IMG/VR virus record: IMGVR_UViG_3300026877_000059
Coordinates: 1-6,727 of that record
Direction: 5' to 3' (one strand)
Length of the DNA stretch: 6,727 bases
A program made the translations under genes and the position numbers. Shown here in pieces: positions 5,425-6,727 of the stretch. The notes beneath the pieces are model-generated. The model ran no database searches and was not told where the DNA came from. It saw only the letters and a program-made list of their open reading frames with translations. Position 1 is the first letter of the stretch. Every line of letters starts with the position of its first letter.

Positions 5425-6727
5425 TTATGAGATCTTGAAGCCCTGCTTTACCATCTCAAGGATCTTCTTAGCTTTTTCCTCTTCACTCTGCGTTAATTTA
5501 CTAATACCGTAGTTCATCAGTTCTTCTTTCTTTAATTCAGACAGATAGTTGTAATAGTTAACAAGTGCGAACAGTGTACCGAATAAATTAATTAATTGTA
5601 TTCTGTACTTTGGATTCCTTCCAGTTTCCTTTGCAACATTATCTATGAACGTGTCCTTAAGTGTCTCAGGGAATGCTGATAACTCTTGCCTCGCCTTGTA
5701 CAAACAGATTTCATCCTCTTCCGAGCATATTCCTAGTAATTTTGTTATAGTTTTGAACACCTGCATGTCGAGGGTTGAGGGGCTTACAGTAGTTTTAACA
5801 ATTAACGCACCATATTGATCGTCAAAAGCTTTCTTTGCAAAATTCAAGAGCGATTTTAATTCCTTCAATTGCCCTTCATTAGTTTTATTGAGGTCGAGGT
5901 CATTTATCCTTAGTACAGAATACTTGCCGTTTGGCAACAAATCATTAGGCGACCCGACCAACAACGTATTATTAGCATCTACGATTAAGGGTAACGAGAA
6001 ACCTGCAGACTGTAGATTTGTAAAAGCGTCCACAAGGTCTTGAAGGTATTTAAGCTTCTCAGGGTTGGCTTCCTTAAGGTTCATTGTATCGTTTACCTCT
6101 TGGTAACTCTTATTCTTAAATAAATTTACGAACGAGAAGATCAAATACGCATACTTGTATAATTGTACTATGTTACTCAATTGATTTTGATACCTTTCGA
6201 ACTCGTCTGGACTCAGCGGTCTGAGGACTCTTAAGTCTAACACTTGGTCTGGAGCGAAAGAGTCTAACAGTGGTATAAGATAATTTTGTCTAAGTTCTGC
6301 GAATATATTAGATAGAACACTTCTAGTAGTTTCTTCTATTACATTTCCAGACTGGTATGTAACTTTCTTGCTTGAAGATTTGTATTCAGATGGGAATTTA
6401 GTAACTAACGCCAAGACGGTGGTAGGGAGAATGCTGGCGTTGTTAGTATCTAACAATTCTAGGATCCTATTCCAATTCTTTTGTAACTCGTTCCAGACCT
6501 TTTCAGCAAACTCTTCACGCTCTTTTCTGCTTAAAGACTCCCCTTGTTTTACGCCGTATCTGTTTAAGTATGGTCTTAGCCAATCTGGAATGTATAGTGA
6601 AAGTTCCATATTGAGTACTTTTTCTAATTCTACTTTATTTTGCTCAATATTACTATTTTCTACCGCGTTCTGTTCTACGTTCTGTTGTTCAGGAGCAGGG
6701 ATTTGTTGTTGAGGAGTACCTAAAACT
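5425..6727 (-). CDS. Uncharacterised alpha-helical viral protein, 5'-truncated (>=433 aa)
   Basis: The track's 394-aa ORF (ATG 6609) stays open in frame to the window edge (VLGTPQQQIPAPEQQNVEQNAVENSNIEQNKVELEKVLN-M...), and ATG 6609 has no SD. No catalytic motif recognised. Confidence 0.85.
   Translation of the reverse strand, partial: VLGTPQQQIPAPEQQNVEQNAVENSNIEQNKVELEKVLNMELSLYIPDWLRPYLNRYGVKQGESLSRKEREEFAEKVWNELQKNWNRILELLDTNNASILPTTVLALVTKFPSEYKSSSKKVTYQSGNVIEETTRSVLSNIFAELRQNYLIPLLDSFAPDQVLDLRVLRPLSPDEFERYQNQLSNIVQLYKYAYLIFSFVNLFKNKSYQEVNDTMNLKEANPEKLKYLQDLVDAFTNLQSAGFSLPLIVDANNTLLVGSPNDLLPNGKYSVLRINDLDLNKTNEGQLKELKSLLNFAKKAFDDQYGALIVKTTVSPSTLDMQVFKTITKLLGICSEEDEICLYKARQELSAFPETLKDTFIDNVAKETGRNPKYRIQLINLFGTLFALVNYYNYLSELKKEELMNYGISKLTQSEEEKAKKILEMVKQGFKIS

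Noticed and set aside
5425-6609. Assigning the 394-aa ORF to a named ATV protein by size
   Set aside because: The ORF is 5'-truncated, so its size is unknown, and I recognise no diagnostic motif (no Walker A/B or VWA MIDAS).
6368-6712. Plus-strand 114-aa ORF
   Set aside because: Antisense shadow of the long minus-strand ORF; its C/F/S richness mirrors Q/E/K codons.

Overview
AT-rich window with all real genes on the minus strand. It looks like the virion-structural region of a large spindle-shaped crenarchaeal virus (Bicaudaviridae-like; ATV/SMV/STSV relatives infecting Sulfolobales). In transcription order (right to left): a 5'-truncated helical protein (>=433 aa, frame open to the right edge); a homologue of the ATV p131-type four-helix-bundle virion protein (motif YPEISLKLAGDEA); two small two-helix hydrophobic hairpin proteins; and a giant ORF missing from the supplied track (ATG at 4304, open past position 1, >=1434 aa) with a Q/N-rich TPR-like N-terminal part, a hydrophobic membrane segment and a K/D/E-rich C-terminal part. 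The most striking unexplained signal is a dispersed palindrome, consensus TC-AAACA(G/T)(C/A)TGTTT, with 5 full copies and 1 near copy, found both inside the giant gene and in both intergenic promoter regions. There is also a GGGTTTTTTT slippery site separating a perfectly placed SD+ATG from the first hairpin gene. Family assignments come from recalled motifs, not from database searches.
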